The position numbers and the translations under genes were made by a program. Positions 62,441 through 64,000 of a DNA stretch of 64,000 bases are shown one piece after another. This stretch comes from Vicugna vicugna (Eukaryota). Below the pieces are notes generated by a model that was not told the DNA's origin, made no database searches, and worked only from the letters and a program-made list of their open reading frames with translations. The stretch spans positions 757,061 through 821,060 of the forward strand of contig MU058423.1 in assembly GCA_013265495.1 (NCBI GenBank). Direction: 5' to 3'. The number at the start of each line of letters is the position of its first letter. Position 1 is the stretch's first letter.

Positions 62441-63534
62441 AAGCAGTGTGTGTTACAGAGCCTGCTCTCGCCTTTGCAGCTCTTGACAGTAGGACTTTTC
62501 CATTTCTTTCTGGAGTTGGGGGTGGTGGGTAGTGACACTAAGGTTCTGTAATCTTCCAGACTGGCACAGACAAGAATTCGGCCCCTTGTAGCTTTCCTGT
62601 ACATCGTGTGACAGTTACACTGACGGGCCTTTGCTTCTCTTGGTACTGCTTGCTAGTTGTATCTCCCTTCTCATGCTGATCAGTAATCCATCACTCAGCA
62701 AGTACACATCAACATGGACTCACTGTGCCATGGTCCATGGGGAGGGGCCCCAGCACCATGCCCCATGAATAGGGTCCTCGGACTCTAACCTCTCCCCCAC
62801 GCTTCTCCCGTACTTGGCAATGAGCAGTGTGTCATTAAGAGACTTTCCTGGAAAGCCCGATTGGCCAGTCATTTGTTTCCGCTGCCACCTCCTCACCCCC
62901 AGATGGCAATGGATGTTGCCATGACAACATAATGGGAAGCAATCACACCTATTGTGGGGCAAGAGTGTCGACTTGCATGAAAGAGCATGTGTGGGGCTGG
63001 GGAGATAAGAGAGACTAGACCTGCTTGTGCCCAGGAAGAAAGGAAGTTAATTCAGAATTGAGGAGCCTGGCTTCTGCATGTTCGGTCGACGCCTGTGGAA
63101 ACTTGCCAGGTCACGTGATTCACCGACTGACACAGTCTTACCCAAAAAAGGCACAGGACCAGGGCTTTAGATTCATTTTGAACCAAAACTTTGCCACAGG
63201 GTTGAGAACTTCTCTGTTACCCTAGTTATTTTTTATTCCTTTCTTGTCTTCCCTCCTTCCTCTCCTTTTCTGCACACACAACAGTACAACCTCCAAAAAG
63301 TTTGCAAGGCAATAGGTAGTATTTCCATAACATAGGAGAAGAACTCTGAGTTCTTTATTTTTGAGGCAAAAAAAAAGAAAAGTGTTGAATTTAGTCAAAG
63401 ACTCAAGGGAATCCATCATCAAATTGGAGAGTCACTGGAACCGGAAGTGAGCTGAAGTTAGGTAGGTGATGGGGAGCCTGGGAAGGAGGCAGGAAAGAGC
63501 AAATTATGGGAGGGAGCTGGGCGGGGAACAAGGG

Positions 63535-63940
63535 GAGTTGGACGTGGAGCCAGGAGCCCTAACTCTGAGTTTCGGTTCTGCTGTGACCGTTAGTGTGGTT
63601 AAGAGTTAGGTGTTCTAGAGTCCGACTCCCAAGTTCCGTTGCTGGCTCTGACACTTAACAGGTTTCCCGGTGTGGACCTGGGCAAGTTTTGCATCAGCCT
63701 GGGCCGAAAGAGGATTCGATGAGCTAACTAGGGACATGCCACAAGTGTTAGCTGCTGTTTTTACTGTGCAAGTTGAACAAGTTATTTCACCTCTCTGAGC
63801 CTTGATTTACTCATTAGCAAAATGGGAATTATATTTGCCACACAAGCAAATTTTTGTGAGGATTAAACAAGTTAATATGTCAGAGAGTACCTAGCAGCTG
63901 CTTTCCATACATACAACAGGTGCTCAATAAATGTCAGCCA
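63535..63940 (+). mobile_element. Nested MIR SINEs
   Basis: tagtgtggttaagag...ctctgacacttaac; caagttatttcacctctctgagccttgatttactcattagcaaaatggg...gtgaggattaaa...gtgctcaataaatgtcagc. Confidence 0.85.
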
Positions 63941-64000
63941 AACCTTGATCTATTATTCGAAAGGAAGAAGGGAGTCGAGAAGATATTAAAACTCTCAACC

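Noticed and set aside
242..63422. All ORFs in the supplied six-frame track (longest 204 aa at 21496-22110; also 53319-53897, 22776-23351, 15599-16135)
   Set aside because: No recognisable domains; many overlap MIR, L2 or microsatellite sequence, start at non-ATG codons and overlap on both strands, as expected for chance ORFs in GC-rich non-coding DNA.

Overview
This is non-coding mammalian (eutherian) genomic DNA, either a large intron or an intergenic regulatory desert. I found no recognisable protein-coding gene, RNA gene, CRISPR array or prokaryotic system, and the ORF track looks spurious. The window is dominated by ancient interspersed repeats: many MIR and L2 fragments, hAT MITEs (MER5, MER58, Charlie-type), ERVL/MaLR solo LTRs, a 4 kb old L1 and a probable RTE-clade LINE fossil. 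Between them lie repeat-free, motif-dense patches that look like conserved enhancers. The only young SINE is a tRNA-Ala(AGC)-derived element, and I recognised no Alu, B1/B2, Bov-A/tA, CanSINE, PRE or ERE elements, which points to a camelid genome (inference). The most unusual structures are: (1) a ~90 bp unique-sequence inverted repeat at 12154-12553 enclosing a strong splice donor; (2) a 78 bp near-perfect local duplication next to a Z-DNA-prone tract; (3) a young minisatellite containing two perfect NF-kB sites; (4) an L2-derived RE1/REST-like site; (5) an L1 with an intact 5' end that stops at the RT catalytic motif inside a split MIR; (6) the RTE fossil. Repeat families were assigned by eye from remembered consensus sequences, so boundaries are approximate.
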